Shown here: piece after piece, positions 37,463 to 53,027 of the stretch
Numbering within the stretch: the first letter of the stretch is position 1
How the letters are laid out: every line of letters starts with the position of its first letter
Source of the DNA: Bispira polyomma
Taxonomy: Eukaryota
Direction of reading: 5' to 3'
NCBI GenBank assembly: GCA_965649765.1
Contig: OZ287759.1
Span: 5,766,001 to 5,830,000 of the forward strand
DNA length: 64,000 bases
Translations under genes and position numbers: made by a program
Notes under the pieces: model-generated
The model's input: the letters and a program-made list of their open reading frames with translations, nothing else
Database searches by the model: none
What the model was told of the DNA's origin: nothing

Positions 37463-39710
37463 CAAATATATATATCTAGATGTCACAGTACTTCAGTATG
37501 GCCCTATCTAGATAGCCCAACCAAACTAACACAAATACGATACTTTGACCTATCTTATATTAATTCATATAATGATATATTTAAGACAAAACCAAACCTT
37601 TCTAAGACACTAGGAAGATGTGGGTTCCAGTGTAATACGATTTCAATCTTTTATTAACCTCCCTGAGGCTTTGGGTAGTATTTGCCATAAATAGACAACC
37701 ATTTTAAGTGATGTATTAACTTCACTAAACAGTCACATTTGGACAATGGGGCAATGCAATCAAATTGCCAGTGCAAAAACTGTACCTTAGGGGATAAGTA
37801 AAAATAAATCTGTAACCTATGATGAGACTATCTAAGAAAAGGGTTGAAAAATATTCAAAGTCAGACGTGTATCTAAGGTTAATTTGCGTGACCAATACAA
37901 GACGTTTTACAAGACACTCTTGCTTTTAATTATCAATTATATTATTACCTTTTTCTACAGCCCTGCAATTATGAGGTTAAAATATAATATGCGAAAGCCT
38001 TATTCCTGAGTTTAAAGTATCATTAAATCATGATAAATACATTCAGGCTGTGCAGAGGTATAAAATACCATGGAAAAATATATTGCATCCAGTGATTAAA
38101 TGATGCACTTAGGATTTGTATTAGTCAACAACTCTGATACTAAGTTGAATGTTTAATGAGAAATTTGTGTAAATTTGGTGTGGATTTTAATACTGTTCCC
38201 TGTCTATTTTCAAGTGCATATTGTTATGTAAGAAACCATATTCTTAACCAATTCTGTATGTCACTTTATGGTTCTGTATTATGAGATCTAATATCCCATT
38301 TTGTACATAAAATTTACACTAAATGGAGAATTGCTATACAGAAAATATGTAAGTTATCTTACCATACTAAATGTACTATGGGAATACTATAACTGGAGCT
38401 ATCTGTAGATTTTTCATATCTTACCAAATAAATTTGTATTGTCCAAATCTGTATTGTCCAAAATATGGTCATACTTGTAAAAATTTCAGAACGTCTATAC
38501 TCTGATTTGACTTAAGGTCACAATATATTGATCCAGTGGCATCTTTTATGTCTGATTATCATTTTAACAAGGGTATGTACCAAAACTATGGTGTAGGACC
38601 ATCTCAGTCAGAAAATGAGCACCATAGAGGATGAAATATTAATAGTGGGTGAATAAATGCTTCAATACTAATAATAAAAGTTATCGCAAAAACACCCACA
38701 TGGGAGAGATGTTATGGTCGTGGTTAGGCTCATTTTGATATGCTTCTCACATCAATTTGTGACCTTATATTCACTAGTAGGCAAAGGCATGTTCACATTT
38801 TACCCAAAGATGTTATCCCATCAATGATCCCAACAGCATTAATCGGGGACGGGCCAGGGACTTTACAATCACTAGAACAACTCCCCAAATGTGAGTCTAA
38901 CCATTGACCTTCTGATTATTATAATAATAAAGTAATTGAATTAAAGCACTTTAATTTGTGACTTATTGGATTCAGTTAAACAAAGTAACTGTTTTGATAT
39001 TGTCTAACGATGATCACATACCTTTGTTTTCAAGTAAGATAATACAGGATATTAGTACTGCTGTACTGATTTCTAATTCAAAGTTACAAGTCATACATAC
39101 CATTTTATTGAACTACCTCTAAAATGGACAATTTCAAAGCTTCGTGAGAACAATATTAGGGCCATATTATAATTTTAACTTGATCATGTGTTATTACCAA
39201 TACACATTTACTGTGATGTCTACTGAGATATTGCATAAGTTATCGGCATCGACCATGCAAAATTATAAGACAAATTTTACTTGCAAAATACTAAAACTAT
39301 AATATTCATGCATTCTGTTTTCTAGTGAAACAGAATATTGTATGAGTAAATAATGAACACACAAAACATACCATTTACCCATTAGTTAATATCCGGTTTA
39401 TGTATTGACAGACATTAGTAGAATAAACATTCCAATGGAAAGCTTCTGTTTGATGTTAGCAGATATTTTCCCATAAATACGCCTGTAATGGTAGAATATA
39501 AACCCATACAGAAGGAAAACACACTGAAAAACAATGCATATATTCTAGGATATTGTATTTGGAGAGATCTATTATGTGTGAATTTATCATATGATTTCAA
39601 TATAGGATTAAGTCAGATGAATACAACTCAAGAAATTTAAAATAAAATGGATTTTGATATCTATGCTGACACTAAAATAAAAAACCAGTAATATTAACAA
39701 AACAAAAATC

Positions 39711-41054
39711 ATGTCTTGCAAGGATTTTATTAACCATACTACATTACATGGAATCAGAAATACAGCAGAAGCCACAAAACCATGCAGAGTTATTTGGGTT
39801 GTATGCATGCTGTTCTTGTTTGGACTGTATCTTAGCATCACTATCACGTCTATCCAGTCATACTTAAAGTATGAAAGTGTGACCAGTATATCCACCACTT
39901 ACAAGGCATACCAGGAATTTCCAGGCGTCACAATTTGCAATGTTAATACGTTTCAAAAATCAGTAACAAGGAGTAAATATCCATCAGTTTGGGAATATTA
40001 TGAAAAAGTTATGATGGGATCTCAAGGAACAGATTACAAGCTTCCTGATTTACTGCACAACATCACTTTTCTAGAGTATTACCAAAATGCTGCACAGACA
40101 GTTAAAGATGTATTTGTTAATTGTCTCAATAAACAGGCTTCCTTCAATTGTACACCATTCATTGATTCTCATTTTACCAATTATGGAATGTGTTATACAT
40201 TTCACTCAAATACTTATGTCAAAGGCAATGGTGCCATTAAGATATATAATTATGGTTTATCCAATTCTATTGCATTTGTACTCAATGCAGATCAAGAGCA
40301 ATACTTTATTCCAAGAACCGATGCAGTGGGTTTCTTTGTATCAATCCACGATTCCTTTTACTACTCACAGATGGAAACTGATCTCATTCTGGCTTCTGTA
40401 GGTAAAGAAACCCACATTTCTCTCAAAAAGAATGTGATGCATAGATTGCCCAGACCATACTCTTCATTGGATTGTGTTGATACAAGTATCAAGGAAAACC
40501 TGGATTATTGTCAAACAACCTGCCTTTGGAAATGTTCAGAAAGAAAGATTTACAGGGATAGCTGTAACTGTACAATTTTTGGTTCTGATACTAAGAAGTG
40601 CTCCCTGTATGACCTTTATGGTTGTGCATTTTTTGCAATGACAGAAACAAAGAGAAATATAAGTGATGTGGAAAGTTGTGGTTGTATGCCCCATTGTGAT
40701 GAAACTACCTATTCCACAAAGGTGACATCTGCTGAATTTCCCAATACACCTACAATGGAATACACATCTGTTGTTGGCCAATGGCCAAACAGAAATGAAA
40801 GTTACATCAAAGAGAATTATGCTAAAGTTGTCATCTACTTTGATACATTAGAAGAAACTGCTTACTACCAAAGGAAAGTGATATCTGAAAATCAGCTAGT
40901 TGCCGAGTTTGGGGGCTTGCTTGGGTTATTTCTTGGTGCAAGTGTTGTGACACTTTTGGAATTAATAGAATTTGGACTTTTATCCTGTCTGACATCTGCA
41001 AAAGCAAAAGTGTGTAAGAGACAGGTGAAGGATGGTGGGCAGAAAACATATTGA
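39711..41054 (+). CDS. DEG/ENaC subunit, copy 2 (identical protein)
   Basis: Identical translation to copy 1. Confidence 0.95.
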   Translation: MSCKDFINHTTLHGIRNTAEATKPCRVIWVVCMLFLFGLYLSITITSIQSYLKYESVTSISTTYKAYQEFPGVTICNVNTFQKSVTRSKYPSVWEYYEKVMMGSQGTDYKLPDLLHNITFLEYYQNAAQTVKDVFVNCLNKQASFNCTPFIDSHFTNYGMCYTFHSNTYVKGNGAIKIYNYGLSNSIAFVLNADQEQYFIPRTDAVGFFVSIHDSFYYSQMETDLILASVGKETHISLKKNVMHRLPRPYSSLDCVDTSIKENLDYCQTTCLWKCSERKIYRDSCNCTIFGSDTKKCSLYDLYGCAFFAMTETKRNISDVESCGCMPHCDETTYSTKVTSAEFPNTPTMEYTSVVGQWPNRNESYIKENYAKVVIYFDTLEETAYYQRKVISENQLVAEFGGLLGLFLGASVVTLLELIEFGLLSCLTSAKAKVCKRQVKDGGQKTY

Positions 41055-43364
41055 TCACTTGTGAAAATTGTTTATACTTATAGATTGCACTAGTGATTCT
41101 GCATAAAATACTTCTGATTGATTAATCGAATAGTAAATGCTTGTGTGCACTTGTTTGAAATATTAATTGATGTTGTTTTAGATAGTTTTGTTTACAAACA
41201 TTAAATTAATGTTTGTAGTATTTTAAAAAACACTGGTAAAGGCTATATTACATAAAAAATAAAAGGAATTTTGGAATAGTCAATTTTATAAATGGTTAAA
41301 ATTTTACCTTTAAATTGACAGGATTTATTTTTGATAATTTTTTTAGATGTATCTACATACTTGGAATATATCCTTGATATCTTCCTGATTAGTTTTAGTG
41401 TTGAGAGTCTTGATGGCAAATTTAAAACACCAGTGTTTGTTTGCATCAGTGTGCGTTTCCCACAATTTCTTTAAAACTCAAAATTCTTAAAATCTACTGC
41501 AAATATACCTTTAATTATCTGTAGCTCTTAAGTACAACGGTAGGCCATTTACTTTAAAGCATGTAAAAATCATATAAAGGTCACCTTAACAAAATTACTA
41601 ATGCTTGAATTTTTCCTATTTTTCCTGTACAAACTACTCTTTCTTTGAGAATAGTTTTTCTTCAAAAGTAGTGTTCTAGATAATTTGTTAATGTTAACGT
41701 GGATTATATACTCTAATCATGGTCATTTATGTGCAGTCTCTTTTTCGAGTATGTCAGCATCACTTTTATAACAACAATAAAATGTGTATCATTAGTTTAT
41801 ATATCAATGTTCACATTTTCACTATCTTCTATCTCATACCCTTAAATCTACAACATCTACACAAATGACCAACCAAGAAGTGAAGGTACCAGTCGTTTCA
41901 TCTATGCAACCTTTGCATAACTGCCCAAGACAGTGACTTTTGTGTTGTTGAAGAAAGACTTTCAAATGCTTTCAACAAACCTTTATCTGGTATTCATAGC
42001 ACTAAAACTTTTTCCGAAACAGAGATACTTGACTATGACCACTTATCAAAACCGCTAAAGAATCTTGAGCCAGCAACTAGGGAATAGGACCAAGTGACAG
42101 AGGACCACCATCTGAAGTGTTTACCTGAACTACTAGGCACTAGCATATTATAGCCCGCTCTGGATTATGTAATCACCAGTGGTTCTCCAGCAGGGGTCTC
42201 ACTCCGTGGGTTGCTTCTGGGTGTGTGCTGGTGACCTTGCATAATGTCTAACATGGACAGTAGGCCAGAGGCATTTAGGCCACCAAAGTTGGTCTGTAAA
42301 ACGTTCAGTTAGCCTATGCTTCCTTTCGGCAAATTACGACATCGGCCGATCCGATCCAACATTGGGCAATGTTTTGCTTTGGATTTTGGTGGGACAAAAA
42401 CACAGTAATCACAATAAAATAAGCTTTCTCGTGCCATTTTTAAAGTCAAAATCTGACGAATATTGAGTATATATAGGATGAAAACTATATCTATATCTTT
42501 GAGAATAGTGTATTTGTCCAGTTTTGATTTAAAATCAGACAGTCCTCCTGATTTTTCCCTCCCTGACAGATAAAATATGTTGGCCAAACAGACGTCGGCT
42601 GATCTGATGCAAATCTGCTGAAAGGAAGCACTTGGTTGTATTATGTAATGACGAAAAAAATCGGCTGAGAAAACCATGCTGAAAGGAAGTGTAGACTTGT
42701 GGTGGTGGTGACCAGACTGGCTGTATAATCAATGGCTGTAGCAGCATGTGAGTTGTGGTCTGTGTTTGATACTGGCTACCTGTTATCTGTGTTTTCATAA
42801 CATATCTACATAACTACAATATACATAACTAAGTATATTAAATACATTTACTCAACTTTTACATAACTACAATATACAGCTAGTTACAGAACCACTAAAT
42901 CGAATCATTATAGTAGTAACAAGTACCATTAAACTGTAACACAAATAATAATAAAAATTCATAGAAAAGAGGTCACAGTGAATATAACAGTTAATACAAA
43001 AGCATAAAACAAAATCTTTAATGAAATATTCCAAAATCCTAATTTTTTACCATAATTCATGAGCAGGTGCAAGACAAATATGTAACAAGTGGATTGACAA
43101 ATAAAAAAGGCGAACACAGTATCATTTATATTGACTTTTTTACAGCCTATATTTAACATGCAAAACTTTTGCAGAATATTACTATTTTCTTGCTTTTTAC
43201 CAATGTTTTTGTGTATTTATTGGTAAATATATTGCCTGATAGAACCTATAACAACTGTGTGTGAGTTCAGTTTTGGGTTCTTACGAACAAACTTATCTAC
43301 TAGACAGCTAACAAAAGTTTCTATTTACCCAACACTTTCCCAACTAAGGTTTAACTCTTTCGAC

Positions 43365-43627
43365 GGGCCGCTATGGCCTAGTGGTTAGCAAGCATTGCGC
43401 TTCACAATCACTGGTCTCTCACCTCTGGGCGGCGTGAGTTCGAATCCCGTCGATGCCTATGTGGGAAAGGTGGTAGTTCCTTACTGTGGGCCGCTGGTTT
43501 CAGTGCAGAACCTTGACTGACTGTATGCAGTGTTTCCTCCAGCGTTTCCAAATACCCGTCCCAATATAACCTACTAAAAGGTACTAGAGTGGACGTTAAA
43601 TATCCAAATTCAAAAAAAATTCAAAAA
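43365..43627 (+). mobile_element. SINE (unit 2)
   Basis: Copy of 30038-30300. Confidence 0.92.
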
Positions 43628-45277
43628 CCTTATCTCGGAGACCAATTATCCAGGGGCCTGTACATCCAAGCACTTAAGCACTTAAGCCAGCGAACACACT
43701 AAGTCTTGTTTAAGCCTTAGTTGGGTAAGTGTTGGGTAAATAGGAACCTTCGTTAATTGTCAGTTACTTTTGTTCGTAAAACCCCTAAAATTGAACCACA
43801 ACTTGAACCCTGTGTTTGGGTATCAGTTAGGCAACATATTCACCAATATTTCAATGAAAACAATAGTGAAAACTTCTAAAAGCAAAAAAATGGTAATTAT
43901 GCATTGTATTTTAGCTTTTATATTTAAAAATAGCCTGTAAAAATCAATATAAATATTGTTGGTTCGCCACCTTATTTGCCAATGCACTCGTACATATTTG
44001 TCATGATATCTGTCCTAAGATTTGTTGGGAGATGTGGATGTTTATGTATAGTTTAAAGTTCTAGATACATGATACACATAACTTAGTGTTATCCTAGATG
44101 GATCAATTACTCTGTGCACGACATATAAAAGCTTAATGTTTGTTAAATTGACCATAATTTCTACATTTATATTCTAACCACATCATATGGTGTCATAGAA
44201 CCATACTGGTTAGACCTTTGTTTGGTTAGGTTTCAGTTAGTTCACCTTTAACAAAGGTCTAACTAATGTGGTTGTATGGCATCATTTGATGTGGTTATAA
44301 TATAAATGTAGAAAATATGCCGCTTTTATTAATCCATCTAGTGCAACAATAAGTTAAGTGTATCATATATATAGAATTTTTAAATATACGTAAAACACAA
44401 TGTACTCATGAACATCTCCCAACAAATCCTATGGCATATACGCCGACATATATGTACGAGTGCATTGGCCATATAAACACGTGAACCAGTGTTAGTTTTA
44501 TGGATTTTCATCAAGATGTTGCATCTTAGATTACGCGACAGAGAAAATCCAATCGTGAGGACAGCACTTTCTACCATCTCTTTATATCATTTTTAATTCA
44601 TTTTTCGTACTTAATATTGTTTGGTACTAAGTGTGTGTAGAGATTTTACCGTTACTGCTCCCCTGGGAAAACTTATATGCCTAGGCTCCTGAAATTTACA
44701 GGAAATGTTATTTATTACAAAAGCTTGCCTGGGAGTAATTTTGGCCTTATTTTGACAAACAAGATTGCCACCACTGGCGTTTCTTTGAAACTAATCAGGC
44801 TCTTAACTGTGTCTGTTTCTTAGCTGTAGAAGGTTGAATCTCTTTACGGATGATATGTTTAACGGATATATATGTCCTTTATAAACATGCATACATTTGA
44901 CCTTGAATCTCCTCATTCAAGGTCATCCATGTGCATCCAAGTGACCGATTTTGGCCATACTTTCCCTGGTGCCTATACCTCGCTTAATATTGGTCCTACA
45001 GATTTGTGATCTTAAAGAAACCTATACAAAATCATGGGCTGGGAATCTTTTCATGTAGTCGGATTTGACCTTGGGCAACTCGTTCAAGGTCAAATACGAA
45101 TGGCCAAACTTAAAAATGCCTATATCTCGCTTAAAATTGTCCTACAGGTGTGGGTTCTCTAACCAACCTATAGGAAATCATAATCAGGGAATTTTTTGAT
45201 GTGGTCCAATTTGACCTGGCCTCTCGATCAAGGTCAAACAGGGATGGCCAAACTTAAAAGTGCCTATATCTTACTTA

Positions 45278-45506
45278 TCCACTCTAGTACCTGTTTAGGT
45301 TATATTGGGACGGGTAGTTGGAAACGCTGGAGGAAACACTGCATACAGTTGATCAAGGTTCTACACTGAAACCAGCAGCCCACAGTAAGGAACTACCACC
45401 TTTCCCACATGGGCATTGACGGGAGTTGAACTCACGCCGCCCAGAGGTGAGAGACCAGTGATTGTGAAGCGCAATGCTTGCTAACCACTAGGCCACAGTG
45501 GCCCCC
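45278..45506 (-). mobile_element. SINE, reverse (unit 2)
   Basis: Copy of 31951-32179. Confidence 0.92.
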
Positions 45507-47011
45507 GACGAGTATGTGAGCACATTGCCTTTGATCTAAGTTTAACGTTCTATAGTAGTGCCTTCTCCCATAACATTTTGGAAGCTCGGCAGTCATTGAA
45601 ATTATGCTTTTTATAACCTTTCAGGCTATTTGCTGCTCAAAACAGTTTCCTGGAAAAGGCATACCTATGCTCAGACAAACGAGAGTTAATGTTCTGTGCA
45701 AATATATTGACATCTGATGCATAAATATACAGGGATAGATAGAGACAAAAAAAAGGTAACGCCTGGATTAACTTTGGTTTACTAAATTTTATTTCTTTGC
45801 AATTAGGCCTGGAACATAGAGGTGGGTACTCTGTATTGAAGCTTGTGATGCACATGCGTTAGGTTTTTACACACATCACTATCTCTTGTTTGCAAACAGA
45901 AACCTGAAGAATTAAGTTTAGCTATAATAGGATAGTAAACATTTAATTTCCAAGTAAATATGTATTTAAACTTGTGTTAATAATTTAACTCAACAAAATG
46001 GAAATCATCACCCAAGAAATGCATTTAAGCTAATATGAGATGGGAGATAGTGACAATGTGAACACTGTTATTGGTCTTTGAACTGTGACAAAGAGCCAAC
46101 TGTGAACACACAAGTTTGCCTAGTGGCTGGGATGACCACTGTAAACTTACAAAGATTCTTGCCTTTGCTGGGATTAGAACCGGGGCTCTTTGGATCTTAA
46201 GATTAGTAGTCCAGTACACTAATATTTGAGCTAAAGTGGAAAACCTAGAAGCTTGAGTGTTTATGTGTAAATATACACGGATATTACACCACTTGAAATG
46301 GCGGTACTCTGTCACTGAGTACTATCTCCAGTGGCAGATTAATAAAATCCCGACGACATAGTTAAATGATCATCCTCAAGCACACCTCCGTGCCCATATA
46401 GTGGCTGCCCATGATGAAGCGTATTTGAAATGACCCTGTGTTGTATAAGTGCACAATAACAAATGTCCTATTTCATTTCAAAAGCAAATTCCAGTGAACC
46501 TTTCCAAAACATTTTGCCAAATTAATTTCCACTCTTACAGTAGGGGCATTTTATTGGGACGTCCTCAGGTTTTCGGGAAAAAGAATTGCTGTTGTTTGTT
46601 TGTGGCCGATTCTGTTTTTAGTACTCTTATAAAGCACTCCGGTTTCCCAAGCAGAATGCACATATGTCACATGATAAAGTGAAAAGACAGTTTGTGGATA
46701 AAAAAATACAATTTGAGAAAGAACAATGTAAAACATATATACAATTACATCTTGATCACGTAATCAATTTTAAGAATACATGTTTAATGATACATTTAAT
46801 TAGTACCAAAGTATTCAATAATAACATATAACTCATTACCTGTAAATTTATTATTTGTATCTCTTAATAGGATACAGTCACTCAAGATCACCATAATTTA
46901 TCAAATGATTTTCACTGTACAAGTTACATATTTTTTGATTAACTAATTGACAGAGGAAGTTGTAACTAACATTGTATCTATTAATTTGAGATGGAAACTA
47001 TGAGACTGGCT

Positions 47012-47807
47012 GATACAAATATTCAACTACTTGCAGACTGTCTGTCCGCTGTCCAGGCGTGGATGAACTACTCCAAATTAAAACCTAACCCTGACAAAAC
47101 GGAATTCATCCTCATAGGAAACAAGAAAAACAGTGAACTCCTAACATCTTTGTTTCCCATCTCCCAGCTGGGAAAAGACATACTACCTTCCAAAAAAAAT
47201 TTATCTGTGGCTAATGCCCTTGTGAGCAGCCGCCTCGACTACTGCAACTTTCTTCTGCACGGAGCAAAAAAGTCACACATTAAAGCTCCAGTCTTTTCCA
47301 AACTACCTATGCAGGGTTATTTTTCGTCTGTTTTGTCGCAAAGATGTCACTCCTTACCTCAAAAAAAATTCCACTGGCTACCCATTTCATTCTCGTACTC
47401 ATTCTCGTTCAAGATTCATGTTACCACTTTTAAGGCTGTAGTCACTCGACAGCCCCCTACCTTGCTTCCTTTTTCTCCATCAGTAACCGTAAGAGAGACA
47501 ACAGACTCTCTGTCTCCTTGGTCAGACCCATCAGAAAGGTGGGATCCAGAGCATTCTCCACTACAGCTCCATTGTTATGGAACAGTCTCCCAGTTGACCT
47601 CAGATTAGTTGACATACTTATTGGTTTTAGGAAAAAGCTTAAAATCTATATTTTTTAACCTTGCCTACCCACCTTAACTTTCCTCATACACGTTCCCACT
47701 TCCTTCCTTACGACTTTGCCCTGTCCATGGACTTAATCATTCTGCTGTTGCGCTTTAGAATATGCCTAACATCAATAAAGCACGTCAAAAATTAATCATA
47801 ATAATAA
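47012..47807 (+). mobile_element. LINE 3' fragment (unit 2)
   Basis: Copy of 33685-34480. Confidence 0.88.
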
Positions 47808-50488
47808 TTACATTATTAACGCAGACATAAAAAGTTGTGTGCAGCATTCTTTATATTTACATTAGTATCACAGGAACAATACAAAGATGGTGGGCACTTG
47901 TTTTAGTTTTCATAAATATATTATTGAATTTTAAGCCATCTATAGCCTGTAATTTTGTATAGTGTAATAACTGATATTCATCAGGATTAAATTATACATT
48001 GTAATCGGCACTAAATCTATCACATACGTTAAGCATCATATGTAATGAAGCTAATGTGGGGCTTAAAAGAATGATGTCACCAGCATAGCTAAAGCTGCCC
48101 ATATATTTAATCCCAATATGACATCCACAACCAGAATCTCTCACCTGAATTAGTAATTACTGAATTAGCAATTGATCTATATATATACAATGAAAAATAG
48201 TGAGGAGAGCACACCACCTTGATGTACACCATTACTTAATGTGCATGCGTTAGACAGACTATTACCCCATTTAACATAAAGGGGTCGGTGTGTGTACATA
48301 TAAATAAATAAAGAAAGAAATAAAAAATCCACTGAACTAAGTTCAAAACAACCAAATACAATGACGTCGCAACAATAACGTTGTACAAACATTTGTATTT
48401 GCCTCCTTATTACCCAGAACAATACATACTAGCACATTATACAACAGGAAAGTGAACACCATATGATTTACTTACAGATAATGGATGTTATAACACTGGG
48501 AAGTAGGACACCAATAAATGTACCATGCTCTCTGTGCCTTAGAATTCATATATACATATATATATATATCACTTTAACAAACATTTGATCAGGCTGATTT
48601 GGCAATCTATGGCCCAGCAATTACTGGTCTGTGTGTATTTCTACAGTCATTTGAACAACATAACTAATCACTTGACCTGTGATATTGTCGAATCATTTCA
48701 AATCCCATTGGATTCTGTTTGACTGGAACACATGTTTTGAACAATCTACAAACAGAGCTATTATATACATCCTATACAACAGAGAATAAAAAATATAAAA
48801 TGATTAGGGGAGTATAAATATTATTCCAATGGCCAAAGAGTATCAAAAGCTTGTGGGCTGTCTCTAAATGTAACATGACATTCTCACATGAATTATTCTG
48901 TTAAGTGGTGGTGTGAAAAAAGAAAAAGAAATTATTGTTTTTCTCCTGTATTTCACATAAAACTAAATATGCCATATTTTCATAAGCTCATATAGTTATT
49001 AGATATTACTAAAATTATATATATAAATGTGTTTCTATGTTTATATGTACAAAAATTTGAGTTTGCCTTTAACTTTTCTTTACCTTTTAATAAGCCCTAC
49101 ATTTCTCACATTAGTCATAAAAGTTGCTTTAATGATATAGTAGTATTCAGCAAACCTTCAACATGTACTGAATATAATATCTAGGTATCATTCAGACGGA
49201 TGGCCGTCACAAACACACCCACAGACATCTTTTAAGCGATCAGTGACAGTAGGTTGCATCTTCGTTTGTTTACATAAGGAGCGCTTCGGAAGTTTTCGTT
49301 GATATTCATGTGCATTAGTCGGGCCATCACAAAAGTGATTTTAGTGGGGAAGGGTGTGGAGGGGTATACATCTTGATTTGTTTTGGATTGACTCTTGTCA
49401 GTACCAGGCTGTGTTGGCTTGATGTGGCTCGTTTGCATTAGTGTCAATTAGTAGCAGTTAGGGAACATTCGCTGATGTTAGTGATGTATTAGTGGGTGCT
49501 TGTTATTATCGTTCATGTCTTCGTTTATTATTAGTGGCCGTCACAGTTTGCTTTCAAACTCGCCTCACGTTAGTGATATACGTGGTGTAAAAACAGTCCG
49601 TTCATGGTGTAAGCTCCCGCAACGAAGGGTCACAGATGCACATCTAAATGAGACCAGGCCTTAATGCATACAACCAAAAAATGAAAATCAAATGAAAAAT
49701 AAAGTTAAAACATATTAAATCCTCAAAAATGCGCCCTTAGTAAATACTGTGTTTTCAAGTGATATTTTACCTGAGAAAAAAATAACAAAAAAAATCCATT
49801 AAAATAGGCTCATTATTCTAGTTTAAAAATATGAATACAAATTTTCACTGGAAATGAATTAATTTTCACTCTATATTCAAGCTAGTTTTTAACCTTTTTT
49901 TTGTCCATCTATGCCCTTTGCCCATTTATAGAATTGTATTGTTTTTCTACAATTGTTCGTCCAATTGCTAATGAAATATGTTTAAATAAAAAAGCAAACT
50001 CAAATAAATTCCCAGTGAAAATTTCCAATACATACTCTATTTCTAAGATTTGTTATAAAGGCTATCGTAATGTGTAACACTTCACTGCTTATTTTATGAA
50101 CAATGATTTAAGTGTGCAATTCTTTAAAAAAAAATCTTAAAACTTTTCAAAAACAGCATGGTATCACATGTTCACTTTACCGAAATTGATCTGCTGTGCT
50201 TGACCTAATCAGACATACATTTCAACTGTCATCGGGTTTATGACCAGTCAATGCTCAGACAGAATTGTATCAACAACAAAACATTACTACCAAAAATGTA
50301 GCAAATTAATGCAGAAAGATAAATAAGCATTACATCTAATTACTTTTCATTTCTTTTGCAAATTTGCTGGCGGTACTGTTGTCTTCTTATTCCATAACAG
50401 AAAGAAATAACTAAGTGTGAACACTGTGTGGCAAAAATGAAGTAAGTCTGCAAATTTTCTATTGTGAATTGATAGGATAAAATATGCC

Positions 50489-50736
50489 ATGGCTTTCAAA
50501 GAATTTATTAATAACACAACATTTTGCGGAATCAAAGGTACTACAGTGCCGCCACAAAATTCCAATGCATTTTTGAGATGCTTTGCTTGGTGTTGATGTG
50601 TGGATTATATATTCTCATCATGACATCTTCTTTGTGCAGTTGTTATTCAAGTTACAACAGCATCACCTTTATAACAACAGAATACAAGGTGTATCATCAG
50701 TTTTATGTCTGTATCTGCTTACACCTAAAAAATTAA
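50489..50736 (+). pseudogene. Decayed DEG/ENaC N-terminal fragment (unit 3)
   Basis: Copy of 23835-24082. Confidence 0.8.
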
Positions 50737-50738
50737 AA

Positions 50739-50787
<49 letters not shown>

Positions 50788-53027
50788 CAAATATATATAT
50801 CTAGATGTCACAGTACTTCAGTATGGCCCTATCTAGATAGCCCAACCAAACTAACACAAATACGATACTTTGACCTATCTTATATTAATTCATATAATGA
50901 TATATTTAAGACAAAACCAAACCTTTCTAAGACACTAGGAAGATGTGGGTTCCAGTGTAATACGATTTCAATCTTTTATTAACCTCCCTGAGGCTTTGGG
51001 TAGTATTTGCCATAAATAGACAACCATTTTAAGTGATGTATTAACTTCACTAAACAGTCACATTTGGACAATGGGGCAATGCAATCAAATTGCCAGTGCA
51101 AAAACTGTACCTTAGGGGATAAGTAAAAATAAATCTGTAACCTATGATGAGACTATCTAAGAAAAGGGTTGAAAAATATTCAAAGTCAGACGTGTATCTA
51201 AGGTTAATTTGCGTGACCAATACAAGACGTTTTACAAGACACTCTTGCTTTTAATTATCAATTATATTATTACCTTTTTCTACAGCCCTGCAATTATGAG
51301 GTTAAAATATAATATGCGAAAGCCTTATTCCTGAGTTTAAAGTATCATTAAATCATGATAAATACATTCAGGCTGTGCAGAGGTATAAAATACCATGGAA
51401 AAATATATTGCATCCAGTGATTAAATGATGCACTTAGGATTTGTATTAGTCAACAACTCTGATACTAAGTTGAATGTTTAATGAGAAATTTGTGTAAATT
51501 TGGTGTGGATTTTAATACTGTTCCCTGTCTATTTTCAAGTGCATATTGTTATGTAAGAAACCATATTCTTAACCAATTCTGTATGTCACTTTATGGTTCT
51601 GTATTATGAGATCTAATATCCCATTTTGTACATAAAATTTACACTAAATGGAGAATTGCTATACAGAAAATATGTAAGTTATCTTACCATACTAAATGTA
51701 CTATGGGAATACTATAACTGGAGCTATCTGTAGATTTTTCATATCTTACCAAATAAATTTGTATTGTCCAAATCTGTATTGTCCAAAATATGGTCATACT
51801 TGTAAAAATTTCAGAACGTCTATACTCTGATTTGACTTAAGGTCACAATATATTGATCCAGTGGCATCTTTTATGTCTGATTATCATTTTAACAAGGGTA
51901 TGTACCAAAACTATGGTGTAGGACCATCTCAGTCAGAAAATGAGCACCATAGAGGATGAAATATTAATAGTGGGTGAATAAATGCTTCAATACTAATAAT
52001 AAAAGTTATCGCAAAAACACCCACATGGGAGAGATGTTATGGTCGTGGTTAGGCTCATTTTGATATGCTTCTCACATCAATTTGTGACCTTATATTCACT
52101 AGTAGGCAAAGGCATGTTCACATTTTACCCAAAGATGTTATCCCATCAATGATCCCAACAGCATTAATCGGGGACGGGCCAGGGACTTTACAATCACTAG
52201 AACAACTCCCCAAATGTGAGTCTAACCATTGACCTTCTGATTATTATAATAATAAAGTAATTGAATTAAAGCACTTTAATTTGTGACTTATTGGATTCAG
52301 TTAAACAAAGTAACTGTTTTGATATTGTCTAACGATGATCACATACCTTTGTTTTCAAGTAAGATAATACAGGATATTAGTACTGCTGTACTGATTTCTA
52401 ATTCAAAGTTACAAGTCATACATACCATTTTATTGAACTACCTCTAAAATGGACAATTTCAAAGCTTCGTGAGAACAATATTAGGGCCATATTATAATTT
52501 TAACTTGATCATGTGTTATTACCAATACACATTTACTGTGATGTCTACTGAGATATTGCATAAGTTATCGGCATCGACCATGCAAAATTATAAGACAAAT
52601 TTTACTTGCAAAATACTAAAACTATAATATTCATGCATTCTGTTTTCTAGTGAAACAGAATATTGTATGAGTAAATAATGAACACACAAAACATACCATT
52701 TACCCATTAGTTAATATCCGGTTTATGTATTGACAGACATTAGTAGAATAAACATTCCAATGGAAAGCTTCTGTTTGATGTTAGCAGATATTTTCCCATA
52801 AATACGCCTGTAATGGTAGAATATAAACCCATACAGAAGGAAAACACACTGAAAAACAATGCATATATTCTAGGATATTGTATTTGGAGAGATCTATTAT
52901 GTGTGAATTTATTTCAATATAGGATTAAGTCAGATGAATACAACTCAAGAAATTTAAAATAAAATGGATTTTGATATCTATGCTGACACTAAAATAAAAA
53001 ACCAGTAATATTAACAAAACAAAAATC

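Larger units (their letters stand above)
36720..50046 (+). repeat. 13.3-kb tandem repeat, unit 2 (13327 bp)
   Basis: Constant +13327 offset from unit 1. Confidence 0.98.
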
